Below, piece by piece: positions 12,692 to 24,321 of a stretch of DNA of 64,000 nt; the stretch's first letter is position 1, and the number at the start of each line of letters is the position of its first letter. Source of the DNA: Macrostomum lignano (Eukaryota); contig NIVC01001111.1 of assembly GCA_002269645.1 (NCBI GenBank), forward strand, positions 186,001 to 250,000. The letters are read 5' to 3'. The notes beneath the pieces are model-generated. The model was not told where the DNA came from, ran no database searches, and was given only the letters and a program-made list of their open reading frames with translations. Made by a program: the position numbers and the translations under genes.

Positions 12692-13060
12692 ATATGTAGA
12701 CCACCACAACACATAATTACCATAGCGTCTTAAAAAAACTATCTGGTTTTTAATCTATGATCAACTTCAATTTTTATTTTCTTAAATTGAATTATTGGTG
12801 CAAATTTCCATTTTGCCGGTGCTCTTTTTGTCATTTCGTTTCGCTTTTTCACTTTTCTACTACTGAGTAAAATATAATGCATTTTATATAAAAAACCTAA
12901 TCGTGCTAAACTTCTAAAAAACTTTTTTTTCTTTTTGTTCTCTTTGCTTTTGCGTTTTGCTTTATATAGGCTTACCGCGAAATATTTAAATTTGCACAAA
13001 TTCAAGTTAAAAAATTTCATAGAAAATGTTCGTTTGGACAACAAGATTCATTCAATCAGT

Positions 13061-13486
13061 GGGTGCTGACCATTTCGGCGAAAGACCACTTCGGCGAAGG
13101 CCACTTCAGCGAATGACCATTTCGGAGAATCCACTTCGGTGAATGAAATGACCACTTCGGCGAAGCTTGTGAAACTTAACGAAAAATTAGTGTATCAAAA
13201 CAAGACAACAGAATGCTAGTACGAGTTTATCTCCAGCAGAGAAATTAATATCCTCTTCTTGTAATATTGAGTTCATCGCGATCTACTACACCTTTTCACG
13301 TTCAATTGGCCTGCTAATTGAACGTGAATTGAAATACTATTAAAATTTAATTATATAAAGTTAAATATACTATATTATATCGTTCGCCAAAGTGGTCATT
13401 GCATTCGCCGAAGTGGATTCTCCAAAATTGTCTTTCGCCAAAGTGGCCTTCGCCGAAGTAGGCTTTCGCCGAAATGGACTGAAACC
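13061..13486. mobile_element. MITE (426 bp) with subterminal CCACTTCGGCGAA repeats
   Basis: About 5 copies of CCA(C/T)TTCGGCGAA on the left are mirrored by TTCGCCGAAGTGG on the right. The termini align without gaps. The flanks CAATCAGT / AAATCAGT form an imperfect 8-bp TSD. Confidence 0.8.
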
Positions 13487-14894
13487 AAATCAGTTATAGG
13501 CCTATAAAGTTATCAGTAAATACAAAGCGCAATATAAAGTTTACCTCGTAAATGTCCATGGCTGAAATGATTTAAAGACTAAACGACCTGTTACTAGACA
13601 TTTATTGATTATTTATTCTGATTATATAAAATATTATGACAAAAATGAAGACAAAGCTTTGTAATGTAATAAATTCATCGATGTTGTCCTTGCTCCTTGT
13701 CCATTCTAGGGCCTATCAATATCATATAGGCAAGGTCCTTTACCTTTAGTCTTTGGACTTAACTGCGGTAAACAGGCTTCTAGCCCCTAGGCATTTTCCA
13801 ATTTTGGTAGATGGTATCCAAGCATGGATTGGCCTAGATGTAGAAGTGGCATGGTATATGTGATAAGCCTACGGTATTACCATATTGGTAAGGTGGGTAG
13901 AAGCCTAGAAACAAAGGAAATGCAGCAAGATTTTGGAAGGATAGCAAGGAAATATTTAAGAAACAGCAAGTTAGGAAAAGGTATAGCAAAACAAGGAGAA
14001 ATACAATGCATACAATGCAGCAAGGCAAGAAGAAAAGCAATGTAACAAGGCAAAGAGAAATTCAATATAGTGTGGCAAAGTTAATATAGGAGTCTGGTCT
14101 GGTATACTCAAGTTAGTTGTGCTGCAAAGGAGCCATATAAGTTTAGTTTTTCAAATTGCCTATGAACATTAAATAAATTAAAACATCTTTATTTGGTTGT
14201 GAACTTTTATCAAAAAATTGTCAAAAATCATTAATTGTCAAAGTTAAAAGAAAAAAGAGATATGATGATTTTTAAGTGGGCCAAAAGCTGCAAATTGCTA
14301 TTCTAAAGTTTCAAAGGACCAAGAGTCAGGTAAAGACTTTGCTCGCTATTCATATTTGTAGCCTATAAGCCTGAGTTTTTTCAACCATTATTATTAGCTT
14401 GTCTTAAAAGTAGATTAATAAAGTGCAATCCATTTTTATATTTAGTTATTTTTTATTTATTAAGAACATTTTTTAATTTGAATACTTGTAGTATATTCTA
14501 ATTGTAGATCTAATTAAATTCATTTATAATGTAATGCATATCTTTCAAATTAGCATTGTAGGCTTAAGGAGTAAGATGAAAATTAGATAATATATGATTT
14601 TTATAACAAAATATTATTTTTAATTCATGTAGTTTTTATAGAAGCTTAGATAAATACTTTGTTTCACTTTGCTCTTCATTAAAGCTACATATTATATCGC
14701 AGAATAAGTATAAGTATTGTGATTGATGTCAGAATTAATAATTAAATAATTTTAATACCTTATATAAAATATAAAAATACCTTCAGAGCTTGCAAAACCA
14801 ATCATACAAAAAATAACTGCATGTAATATGCCTGAATGAAAAATGAAATTTGATTGCATGTGTGGCAAACCTTCCTACTATGCCTCAGCTATAA

Positions 14895-16688
14895 ATGGAG
14901 GAAGAGTACAGTTTGCCTCCAGATGCATCTGTTGTGCGGCCAACAGTCTCTAGTAGCAGCAACACCACTTCACCAGAGACCGAAAGTTTCTATAGTGAGC
15001 CATTGAAGGCTAGCGGCAGTGGAGTTTTCAAGCATCATCCAGCTAGTCCGTTTGAACTGGTGGCGCAGAAGTCGCCTAACAGTGGCGGGCCATCTGTGGA
15101 AGTTGGCTTTGGTACTGGCGCCAATCATGCTGGGAACAGTGAGGCCAAAGCACCATGCCCCCAACTGAAACCTGTGCACAAAGTTGGAACTGTTGGTTAG
15201 TTTATTTACTATTGATTTTATCTTTCTCTTTCATTATTCTAATCAGACTGGAAATTACTAATTTTTCTATTGATAATAAAATTGCTGTTACAAGACCTTA
15301 CAATCGTGCATTATAGTGTATGTTGACTATAGTTGGAATCCGTTTTCCAAAATTCAAAATTCCATCGTCAAGTCAGTCCCGTTATTAATCATCAAGTCAG
15401 GGTCCCGTTATTAATCATCAAGTCAGGGTCCCGTCATTAATCATCAAGTCAGGGTCCCGTTATTAAGCATCAAGTCAAGATTCCGTCATTAATCATCAAG
15501 TCAGGATCCCGTCATTAAGCATCAAGTCAAGATTCCGTCATTAATCATCAAGTCAGGATCCCGTCATTAAGCATCAAGTCAAGATTACGTCATTAATCAT
15601 CAAGTCAGGATCCCGTCATTAAGCATCAAGTCAAGATTCCGTCATTAATCATCAAGTCAGGATCCCGTCATTAAGCATCAAGTCAAGATCCCGTCATTAA
15701 TCATCAAGTCAGGATCCCGTCATTAAGCATCAAGTCAAGATTACGTCATTAATCATCAAGTCAGGATCCCGTCATTAAGCATCAAGTCAAGATTCCGTCA
15801 TTAATCATCAAGTCAGGATCCCGTCATTCATCATCAAGTCAAGATCCCGTCATTAATCATCAAGTCAAGATCCCGTCATTAATCATCAAGTGAAGATCCC
15901 GTCATTAATCATCAAGTGAAGATCCCGTCATTAATCATCAAGTCAAGATCCCGTCATTAATCATCAATTTAAGATCCCGTCATTAATCATCAAGTCAGGA
16001 TCCCGTCATTAATCATCAAGTCAAGATCCCGTCATTAATCATCAATTTAAGATCCCGTCATTAATCATCAAGTCAAGATCCCGTCATTAATCACCAATTC
16101 AAGATCCCGTCATTAATCATCAAGTCAAGATCCCGTCATTAATTATCAAGTCAGGATCCCGTCATTAATTATCAAGTCAGGATCCCGTCATTCAGAATAT
16201 TTTTTGTCTACCCTGCCTACTCTGCAGCAGCGTCCAGCTGGACCCCAGTCGATCCCAACCTGCCGCTATCCGAGCAGCCCTGGTTCCACCCTGGCCCTGG
16301 CATGGACCGGCAGACCGCTGAGCAGCTTCTCCGGCCCCATCCCGAAGGCGCATTCCTGGTCCGCTGCTGTCAAACAGCTGACAGCTCGGCTGATCAGCAG
16401 CAGCGGCAGTACTCACTGAGCCTGCGCGGCCGTCACGGCCAGCAGTGCATACACATGCGCATCGAGCGCACCCAGCAGGGTCAGTACGTGCTCGGCCAGT
16501 ATTCCCAGCCATTCGCATCCGTGCCGCTAATGATTCGCCACTACGGCGAGCACCTGTTGCCAATTAAAGGCATTGATAGAATTATTCTGGGCATGCCGGT
16601 TGTAGCCAGCGGCAGGTCCGCCACCAAGGACGCCAAATCGGCAGGGGAGCCGCTTGGAGACAATCAGGCTTCAACTACTCAGCTCTAA
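14895..16688 (+). CDS. SH2 adaptor of the SHB/SHD/SHE/SHF family (at least 2 exons, at least 253 aa)
   Basis: Exons 14895-15195 (GT donor, phase 1) and 16228 or 16231-16688. Exon 2 reads VDPNLPLSEQPWFH..MDRQTAEQLL..AFLVR..YSLSL..CIHMRI..YVLGQYSQPFASVP..LPIKG, which is the family signature. Exon 1 carries YxxP motifs. Additional upstream exons are possible. Confidence 0.88.
15367..16192. repeat. 26-bp minisatellite (TCATCAAGTCARGATCCCGTCATTAA)n, ~32 copies, filling the SH2-gene intron
   Basis: Visible 26-bp period with an alternating 52-bp dimer in the 5' half. It ends 35 nt before the acceptor AG. Confidence 0.97.
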
Positions 16689-16930
16689 ATATCATGTGTA
16701 TAACATTTTCCGCTCAGCTTCATCCAGTCATTGAAGTCAATCTTAAAGCTTGAAAACTGGGCTACTTGCTATCTATGCAATGCAAATTAGATTTTAGCCT
16801 GATAATATCGTTGGAAGATGCAGGTTCTGTCGGTCTTGACCGTAGACAATGCAAACTAGATTTCAGTCATAATATCGTAACACACGCAAGCCTGTTGGTT
16901 TTGGCCATAGACTGCTAATATTGATTACAC

Positions 16931-17790
16931 GCATAGGTCTGTCTGTCTTGGCCATAGACAGTGTAAACTATATTTCAGTCAGATCATACTGATGACACGC
17001 ATAGGTCTGTGGGTCTTGGCCATAGACAATGCAAACTATATTTCAGTCAGACCATACTGATTAGGTCTGTGGGTCTTGGCCATAGACAATGCAAACTATA
17101 TATCAGTCAGATAATACTGATTAGGTCTGTGGGTCTTGGCCATAGACAATGCAAACTAGATTTCAGTCAGATAATACTGATTAGGTCTGTGGGTCTTGGC
17201 CATAGACAATGCAAACTAGATTTCAGTCAGATAATACTGATTACACGCATAGGTCTGTGGGTCTTGGCCATAGACAATGCAAACTATATTTCAGTCAGAC
17301 CATACTGATTAGGTCTGTGGGTCTTGGCCATAGACAATGCAAACTATATATCAGTCAGATAATACTGATTAGGTCTGTGGGTCTTGGCCATAGACAATGC
17401 AAACTAGATTTCAGTCAGATAATACTGATTAGGTCTGTTGGTCTTGGCCATAGACAATGCAAACTAGATTTCAGTCAGATAATACTGATTACACGCATAG
17501 GTCTGTGGGTCTTGGCCATAGACAATGCAAACTATATTTCAGTCAGACCATACTGATTAGGTCTGTGGGTCTTGGCCATAGACAATGCAAACTATATATC
17601 AGTCAGATAATACTGATTAGGTCTGTGGGTCTTGGCCATAGACAATGCAAACTAGATTTCAGTCAGATAATACTGATTACACGCATAGGTCTGTGGGTCT
17701 TGGCCATAGACAATGCAAACTAGATTTCAGTCAGATAATACTGATTACACGCATAGGTCTGTGGGTCTTGGCCATAGACAATGCAAACTA
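16931..17790. repeat. 60/68-bp minisatellite with a 248-bp higher-order repeat
   Basis: Units start at 17003, 17063, 17123, 17183 and 17251 (60+60+60+68), and the block recurs at 17251 and 17499. Confidence 0.95.
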
Positions 17791-19535
17791 TGCATAGTAG
17801 AGGCGTGAGTTTCGACCATAGACGAAGGTTTTCCCTCAATTTTTAATCCTGCAGCTCAGCCAATTAGCTTGAGTCCAATTTAGAAATGAATTGCAATCGA
17901 TAAGAATCTACAGGTTCGATTTCATTAAAGTACTTATCATCACTTTTAGTCTATGGTCAAAAGCCTGAGCTGGTTGGCATAGCCTGGGAAGTGCCTGTAC
18001 TTATCAGTGCATATTGAGTCAGATATTTTGGCAGCTTTTGATTTTGTTTTTGAGCTCTCTAATAAATAGAATTTTAATGGTTCTTAGTCAAAGTTTTGTT
18101 TGGCTGCCAAGTGTGGCTTATACGAGTATGAATGCAAGTTCAATATTGTCACTGGAGACATTGTTTCTGTGTATAGCAATTCTATCATATCATTTTTCCT
18201 AACTTTTACTAGCTGGTAATTGCGCACATTTTATTAGAATATTCCATTTCTAAATCTTCTGCTGATTGATTTTTTAACAATTAAAAGTCATTTATATAAT
18301 AGCGCTGTACCTTGATCTGATTCATGCGCTTGCACTTTTTCTGCGTTTTTGCTTCATTTCCAGCTTTCAACACTTTTAATTCAGACCTGAGGTTTAATCT
18401 GTAGGTTCCACTTCCCAGTTGTCGCCGGAAACTAAGAAATTTGGGCACCTTTTAAAAACTTTTCAAAAAATACAAGCAAAAAATTTCCAATTCTCTACTT
18501 TAAGTAGAAATTTTGTCATGGAAACTTGTATCATTTTTTAGATAAAATTGATTAAAATTTGATTCCCTACTACAAGTCATCAACAAAGAAATTGTTAGTC
18601 ACATTGGTTTTTTTAATTGTGAAGTCTAGGGAGTATTTTAATCGCCAAGAACCTAAAAAATGCTGAAAAGGCTCAGTATTTTTTGTGTGTACATATCATC
18701 TTTTGAATTATTCTATTTGCTAGCCTAGCAAATTTCCCTTTATTTTATAGAGTAATTTTTCATATTTTAATCGGAATAGAATGATATATAATGATAATTA
18801 TTATTGTATTGATAATGCAGATATTTTGTACATTTTATAAATCAAGCAAGGACCAATTTTTGCTAACTACGCTATCGTCCAAGGTTCTGTCTCTGTCTAC
18901 CTTTGCTTTGGTGCCTTGGCCCGAGGGACAAGATTAGCCAAATTGTCAATTGTAATTCTATTTTGTTTTGCTTTACTAATCCCTGATCGATTTCAAAATC
19001 CAATTTATTTCGCCTATTCCTTGTGTGCGTGTGCCAGTTTTTTATTAACTGTTTTTATAAGCGCTTCTCATTTTTATTAATATTATTATTGATATTGCTC
19101 ACGTATTTAAAGAGTAGCAACGGCGACAGCAATAGTAAGTTTGCCTTCAAGCGGTGCAATATATCCTATCCATAATCTATATGCGCGCCATTATACAGCT
19201 TTGTTGAGGAGCGACTCTTATAACTAAATAGCTGATTTTTACTTTTAAGTGCTAACTATTGTAAGTTCTTTTTGTGTTTAAGAACGGACCAGGATTAAGG
19301 TAGTGAGTCATTAATGTCTTTTAATTAGATTGACCCCTTTTATTCTGAGCTAGGGGTGTTACAATAGCCAAAATGGCGTCAAGACGAAGTTGAGCGCCAA
19401 GATGAGGATTTGATGCTAATAAGAGGGTTTGACACCAAGAAGAGGGTTTGACGCTAGTAAGATGTTGGTTGAACCTGTAATACGTAAATGCATTTCAAAA
19501 TGTTCATTCGATTGAAATTGCATCGCAGACTATAT

Positions 19536-19749
19536 CAAGGGTCCGCGAAGCCGCCCTATCTGACACTCTGGTCCGTGAAACTTCACATTACGGCCCGCTT
19601 AAGGTTTGTATCTTCTCTCCAGTCTCCACTTTTCTCACCTCTCCACCCCTTTCTCGCCCCTCTCATCTCCCTCTCCTCTCTGCCCGCAGGCCGCAGTCGT
19701 GCACACATGCTACATCAGACCCTATGTTAAAAAAGTTTGCTGACCCCTG
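19536..19749. mobile_element. Small hAT-type MITE (214 bp)
   Basis: Imperfect TIR CAAGGGTCCGCGAA / TTTGCTGACCCCTG and an 8-bp TSD GACTATAT / GACTACAT. The internal GAAACTTCACA..TACGGCCC.GCT.AAGGTTT plus CT-rich tract is shared with 50155-50345. Confidence 0.75.
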
Positions 19750-20929
19750 GACTACATAACATAGATATATTGTAACATTGACACCGTATCGTTGTCCACA
19801 ATTTGTCCTCAAACTACTCAGTAGTAGCGAGTGTGGTAAACTGTGGTAAAATGCAGAAGACAAAACCGGCTTAAATAGGAGTCATTGCGCATCGCTTAGA
19901 CATCGTTCGGAGCGCTTTTTGATCGATAGCTTCTTATTCTCAAAAAGCATGCAATGCATTCCGGACTGCGTGGTACTTTTCCGTTTATCTTGGCCGGTCG
20001 GACAGACAACAAACGAAAAAGTCCTATTATTTAATATTATATTTTTTACTCGTGGGGAAAAGCAGCTCAACGTGCGATAAAAACTGGCTATAGGAACAGA
20101 ATACAGAAGTAAAAAACGCACGACCGGGGGGGGCTGAGAAAACGCTGCAAAACAAAAGCGGCACGAGCTGCAAGATAAGGAAAAATCTCTTTAGAGTGGA
20201 ACAGAATCGAGTTCAAAGTTGCTTGCCGGTCCGCTGAGACCCTAGTTACCGGCAGCTATTTACTATCGAGAACACTCGACCTGCTATACAAGCAGAATGC
20301 AGATTTGTCTATGCAATAATATAGCAGTCTGCGATATACTTGCTGAATAGCTACCGGTGCCTAGGGGGGCCTCTGGGCGTTGTCGGGACCGATATAATTC
20401 CAGAGAAGGACTGGGAAAGTTGGAATAGATACGAGAGAGGAGACAGATTTTACACTACTATCAGTATGTACTGGATTTTCTCAAAAAACTAATTCAGTCC
20501 TTGGCTTTCTGCCAGACGCTGTAAGCTATACCGGAAGCAGAAAAGATGTGGAATTAATTTTAATTGGCTATCTTCGGCGACTATGGCACAAGCCGTGCAG
20601 CTCTTGATCAGGCAGCTCGCCGGTTCCCAGTCTAGCAGGAACCATGTTGCCATGGCAACACGATAATATAAATCGCTTCGAAATGCCCAATTCGGAGCTG
20701 CACAGCCGAATGCTATTCGCGCTGCTCTTTCATTCGCTTTAATTACCGTTACCGATTAACTTACCGACAGGGAGGCAAGGCCAAACTCCTATAGTATAAT
20801 GCTGATAAGCCATATTACACGGCATATATAAAAATAAGATAGTTTGCCGGAAAACTGGCTCAAATTGTTAAGGGCGAGCTAATATATATACGGCCTATAC
20901 TATAGTAGAAGGCAGGCAGACAGGCCGTG

Positions 20930-21120
20930 CCGCGGGGTCGGTGGCGTGTGTGGGGGTGAGAAATAGTCGGTCAATCAGCTGTTCGCCAGGCGCGCTCGGA
21001 TTGGACAGTCAGGGCTGGCCCTCTCTCCCCCCACACGGGGTCCTACTACTGGTAGCGCACATGGCTTGTGCACACGCCGCGCTGGACTTGATCATCAGCT
21101 GATACAGTCACACCCGCCCT
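20930..21120 (+). promoter_or_regulatory. CpG-rich promoter-like island (CCAAT-like boxes, E-boxes)
   Basis: GC/CpG-rich patch with TCAATCAG, GATTGG and CAGCTG motifs. No associated ORF was recognised. Confidence 0.25.
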
Positions 21121-22006
21121 CTTAGCCCCCCTAACCCCCCTGTCTCTCTTAGTTTTAGCAAGCACATGGAGCGCTTTAATCTTTCTCACATATATGCCCC
21201 TCCCCACCCTCCAGTTGGTTTGTCTCGCTGCGCACATAGTTGATCTAGAAACCGCTGCCTGCCCGCCTGCCTGCCTTCACTCACTGCCACCCCATTGCCT
21301 AAGATTTTTAACACGGCTTTCTCTTTCTTTCACCAAGCCCTTTAGCCCATGTAAACCCAATGGTAATTTGTCAGGGTGTAGAATTGTAGAACTAACCTGA
21401 CTAACATGCAGCTAAAAGGACGGGCTTTAATAATGCATTCTTATTACTCTGAGGTGCTTGCTGGGCTGGCTGCTCAGCCTTGATGCCCAGCTAGCTATTT
21501 AACAGCTATTGTACAGTGCAGTTGCAACACTTGTGCACGCGGGCTCATGGGCCCGTTGGGCCTGTACTCAGAGTGTCTGTCTGTTCACACAGAGTGTTCA
21601 CAGCTAGCTTACTGGAAATGCCAAATAAGGCTGAGCAATGAAGAGTAGCCAGAGACTGTGACTGTGAGAGAGAAAAGCAAGGGAAACAGACAGGATTATT
21701 ACAGGAAACAATCTTAGTGAAGCGTAAGAAGCAATTCCGAATCCTTATGTCCGACTGTAAGCAAGGCTTACTAGCAGCAGTGATCGCAAGAATGTAGAAC
21801 TGATGCCACCCCTTGCTTGTAGCAGTTTTTGTTTTCAGCCAGCCACCAATCCAACCCACCGCTGTGTTGTACTTGTTGCTAATTCAGATTCGAATACTAT
21901 CAATAGATGCTGCTGTTTCCGATCGAATGAATGCAGCAAATGCTTTCTGCAATTTTCTACGACATTCAGGCTTTTTGTTGTGACACTGGCTTTTCCGTGA
22001 CAGCAA

Positions 22007-22257
22007 GTGACCCACTGTCTAGCCGGTGACCCACTGTCTACCCGGTGACCCACTGTCTACCCGGTGACCCACTGTCTACCCGGTGACCCACTGTCTAGCC
22101 AGTGACCCACTGTCTACCTGGTGACCCACTGTCTAGCCGGTGACCCACTGTCTACCCGGTGACTCACTGTCTACCTGGTGACCCACTGTCTATAGCCAGT
22201 GACCCACTGTCTACCTGGTGACCCACTGTCTACCCGGTGACCCACTGTCTACCCGGT
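22007..22257. repeat. 19-bp minisatellite (GTGACCCACTGTCTASCCG)n, left part (interrupted by LINE copy 1)
   Basis: About 13 visible units, continuing at 28161 after the retrotransposon. Confidence 0.97.
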
Positions 22258-22501
22258 GCACGCGAAGGCGTATTCAGCATGCCAGTGAAGTATGAGACAG
22301 ACTAGGCCCATGGGCTAAGGTCTGCGATGCTTCACGCCTGCCCCTATCTTCAGCAGGTCAAGGCTGGTGGGAGGTCTGCACCCTCTATTTGCCTCTGGCA
22401 GCCGCAGACCCCCCCCCCCACGCTGTCTCGCAAGTCGACCCAGGGTACTCGTCCCCGCGTGTGTTCAAGGCAGTCCCTAGGGCTGCTGGACAGACTGGGC
22501 T
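22258..22501 (+). ncRNA. Predicted HDV-like self-cleaving ribozyme at the 5' end of LINE copy 1
   Basis: P1 GCACGCG (22258-64) pairs with CGCGTGT (22456-62), giving a G1-U wobble. P3 GGG/CCC closes L3 TACTCGT. P1.1 AC pairs with GT (22463-64). P4 spans 22465-90, the candidate catalytic C is 22491 (CAGA), and P2 is ACCCA/TGGG. The predicted cleavage site coincides with the TSD-defined 5' end. Confidence 0.8.
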
Positions 22502-22777
22502 CCGGCGCTGGCGACCCTATCCAGTGGCTTCGGCCGAATTTGGGTATGCGGGTCTGGCTCGCCAACCTGCAGGCCGTGGTACTGCTCAACGTACTCTCTA
22601 ATGCCTAAGGTGTTGACCGTGCCGATGGGCTGGAAGGCCGGGGAGTAGTCCGGTCGCAAGCGGTCCCCCTCCTGGTGTCGGGCCAGCCTTGAGGGTGTTA
22701 TTGGCCTACTGCCCGGTCAGGTGGAGCGGCCGGGTGGGTACCGCGCCCCTTTGAGGGTAGCCCACCAACCTTTTATC

Positions 22778-24298
22778 ATGGCCTTCGAGCCGACTATGGA
22801 TAAACAAGCTATTTCTAGGGACGGGGACCCTTCTAAACCCCAACCTCAGTCCGAAGGACCGGCCGGCCCTGCTGGCAGATCCCAACCGACTGATTCAACT
22901 GTGGCAAAGGAAGGACCGGCTGGCTCTGCTGGCAGATCCGACCAGAGCTACCAAACTCAAAATACCCTAAGACCTGCCAGCTCCGCTGGTGGATCTAAGG
23001 GAACCGCGAGCTCTGAGCCTAAAGGACCGGCCAAATCTGGCAGATCCGATGAAGCTCAGCGGGCTCGGCTTGAGCGCAAACGCGCTAAACAACGCGCCAA
23101 AAGGCAGGCCAAGAAGGGAGCTGCGGGGGCCAAAGCGGCGGCGTCCACCATGGATGCTGAAGCGACTGGAGTCCCAAGGCAACCAGGCGGGCCGGCCGGT
23201 GGAAGCTCCAGTAGTTCAGCGGCGGCGCTCCCTGGAGCTGCTGCCGCGGCTGCTGAGGCCGAAACCACGGCGCAACAAATGGCCACTGCCAACAAGGAGG
23301 TTCCTTCGGGAGCTACCTTTGCGGCGAAGGCCAAGGCCAAAATCCCGGGAGTGATCATCCAAGGTCGCGACCAGGACTGGACCACTGATCAGCTTCAAAA
23401 AGTGTGGAGTGCTGTTGACTCCTATCTGATTGAGCTGACTGTCGAGGAGGGAATCTCCATCGGCGTTGAGCGGATGGTGCTGCGAAGCACATTCGTTCTT
23501 ATTGCTCCTAGCAGCGAGGAGGACGCTCGGCGGCTGCTCCAGCGGCTACCGACGGTCTCCTTGGATGCTGACCTTGGCGGAGCTCTTTTTCTTCGCGAGG
23601 GCCAGCGTCCAAAGACGATACCCTATGTGGTTTTCGTCCCTGCTAAGAGCACCGCAGCTGGACCAGACGTTATTCGCCGGGTCCTACTGCGTCTGAACCC
23701 CGACCTCCCTGCTAGTGGACTGGTGTATCACCGTAAAGTCCGCAGGGGGGAGACGGGCAACTCAATTGTCCTCGGCCTTTCCAGCACTTGGGCGAGTCGG
23801 TACCCTAATGGATCCTCTTTCCAGCTGGGTGCCCTCAAGCTCAAGTTGCGCCGAGGAAAGTCTGCCAAAGGGAAGGCTACTGCCAACCCCGGCATCTCCG
23901 GCAAGAGCGGGGCGCAGTCTAAGGCCCAAGGAAAGGCGCAAGCCGATCCCAAAGCCAAAGCTGCATCTCGCCCCTCTGCTAGCAGCAGTTCGGCGACCGC
24001 GGTAACGGCTCCGGCCGAGCCCCGGGAACCAAACCTGCCAGTCGGAGAAGGAGTTGAGGACGAGGCCGGGTCTTCGGAATCCGAGCTCTCCTCGGCCACC
24101 TTGGTGGGGTCTGAAGGTAAAGATGCAGGTGAGGAAGCTTCCTCCATCCTGTCATCGGAGCCTGAGGACTCTGCTGGGGGGCCGGTGGGGGTGAGGAGGC
24201 CATGGACGTCGACCAACTCCCATCTCCCAGTCAAGCCCCAGCGGCCTGGGACGAGGACGATCTGTTGTCCAAGTCTCCTTGATGGCCCTGGGCTCTAG
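22778..24298 (+). CDS. LINE copy 1 ORF1 (gag-like nucleic-acid-binding protein, DUF4780-like core, no CCHC)
   Basis: Long ORF with first ATG at 22778. A basic low-complexity N-terminus precedes a core (VIIQG..LLIAPSSEEDARRLL..YVVFVP..VLLRLNPDL..IVLGLS) homologous to copy 2 ORF1. The true C-terminus is probably in the -1 frame, ending at 24282. Confidence 0.85.
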   Translation: MAFEPTMDKQAISRDGDPSKPQPQSEGPAGPAGRSQPTDSTVAKEGPAGSAGRSDQSYQTQNTLRPASSAGGSKGTASSEPKGPAKSGRSDEAQRARLERKRAKQRAKRQAKKGAAGAKAAASTMDAEATGVPRQPGGPAGGSSSSSAAALPGAAAAAAEAETTAQQMATANKEVPSGATFAAKAKAKIPGVIIQGRDQDWTTDQLQKVWSAVDSYLIELTVEEGISIGVERMVLRSTFVLIAPSSEEDARRLLQRLPTVSLDADLGGALFLREGQRPKTIPYVVFVPAKSTAAGPDVIRRVLLRLNPDLPASGLVYHRKVRRGETGNSIVLGLSSTWASRYPNGSSFQLGALKLKLRRGKSAKGKATANPGISGKSGAQSKAQGKAQADPKAKAASRPSASSSSATAVTAPAEPREPNLPVGEGVEDEAGSSESELSSATLVGSEGKDAGEEASSILSSEPEDSAGGPVGVRRPWTSTNSHLPVKPQRPGTRTICCPSLLDGPGL

Positions 24299-24321
24299 CC
24301 AGATATTGCATTTAATACAGT

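Noticed and set aside
15470-16150. The 26-mer contains AAGTCAAGA, like the LINE tail junction TAAGTCAAGA
   Set aside because: Only an 8-9-bp match with no other LINE sequence nearby, so chance is likely.
15367-16192. Arrays as CRISPR loci
   Set aside because: Units are head-to-tail with no unique spacers, there are no cas genes, and the context is eukaryotic.
21400-22000. Short ORFs upstream of the 19-mer array
   Set aside because: No domain signature, AT-rich codon usage unlike host exons, and no consistent splice chain.
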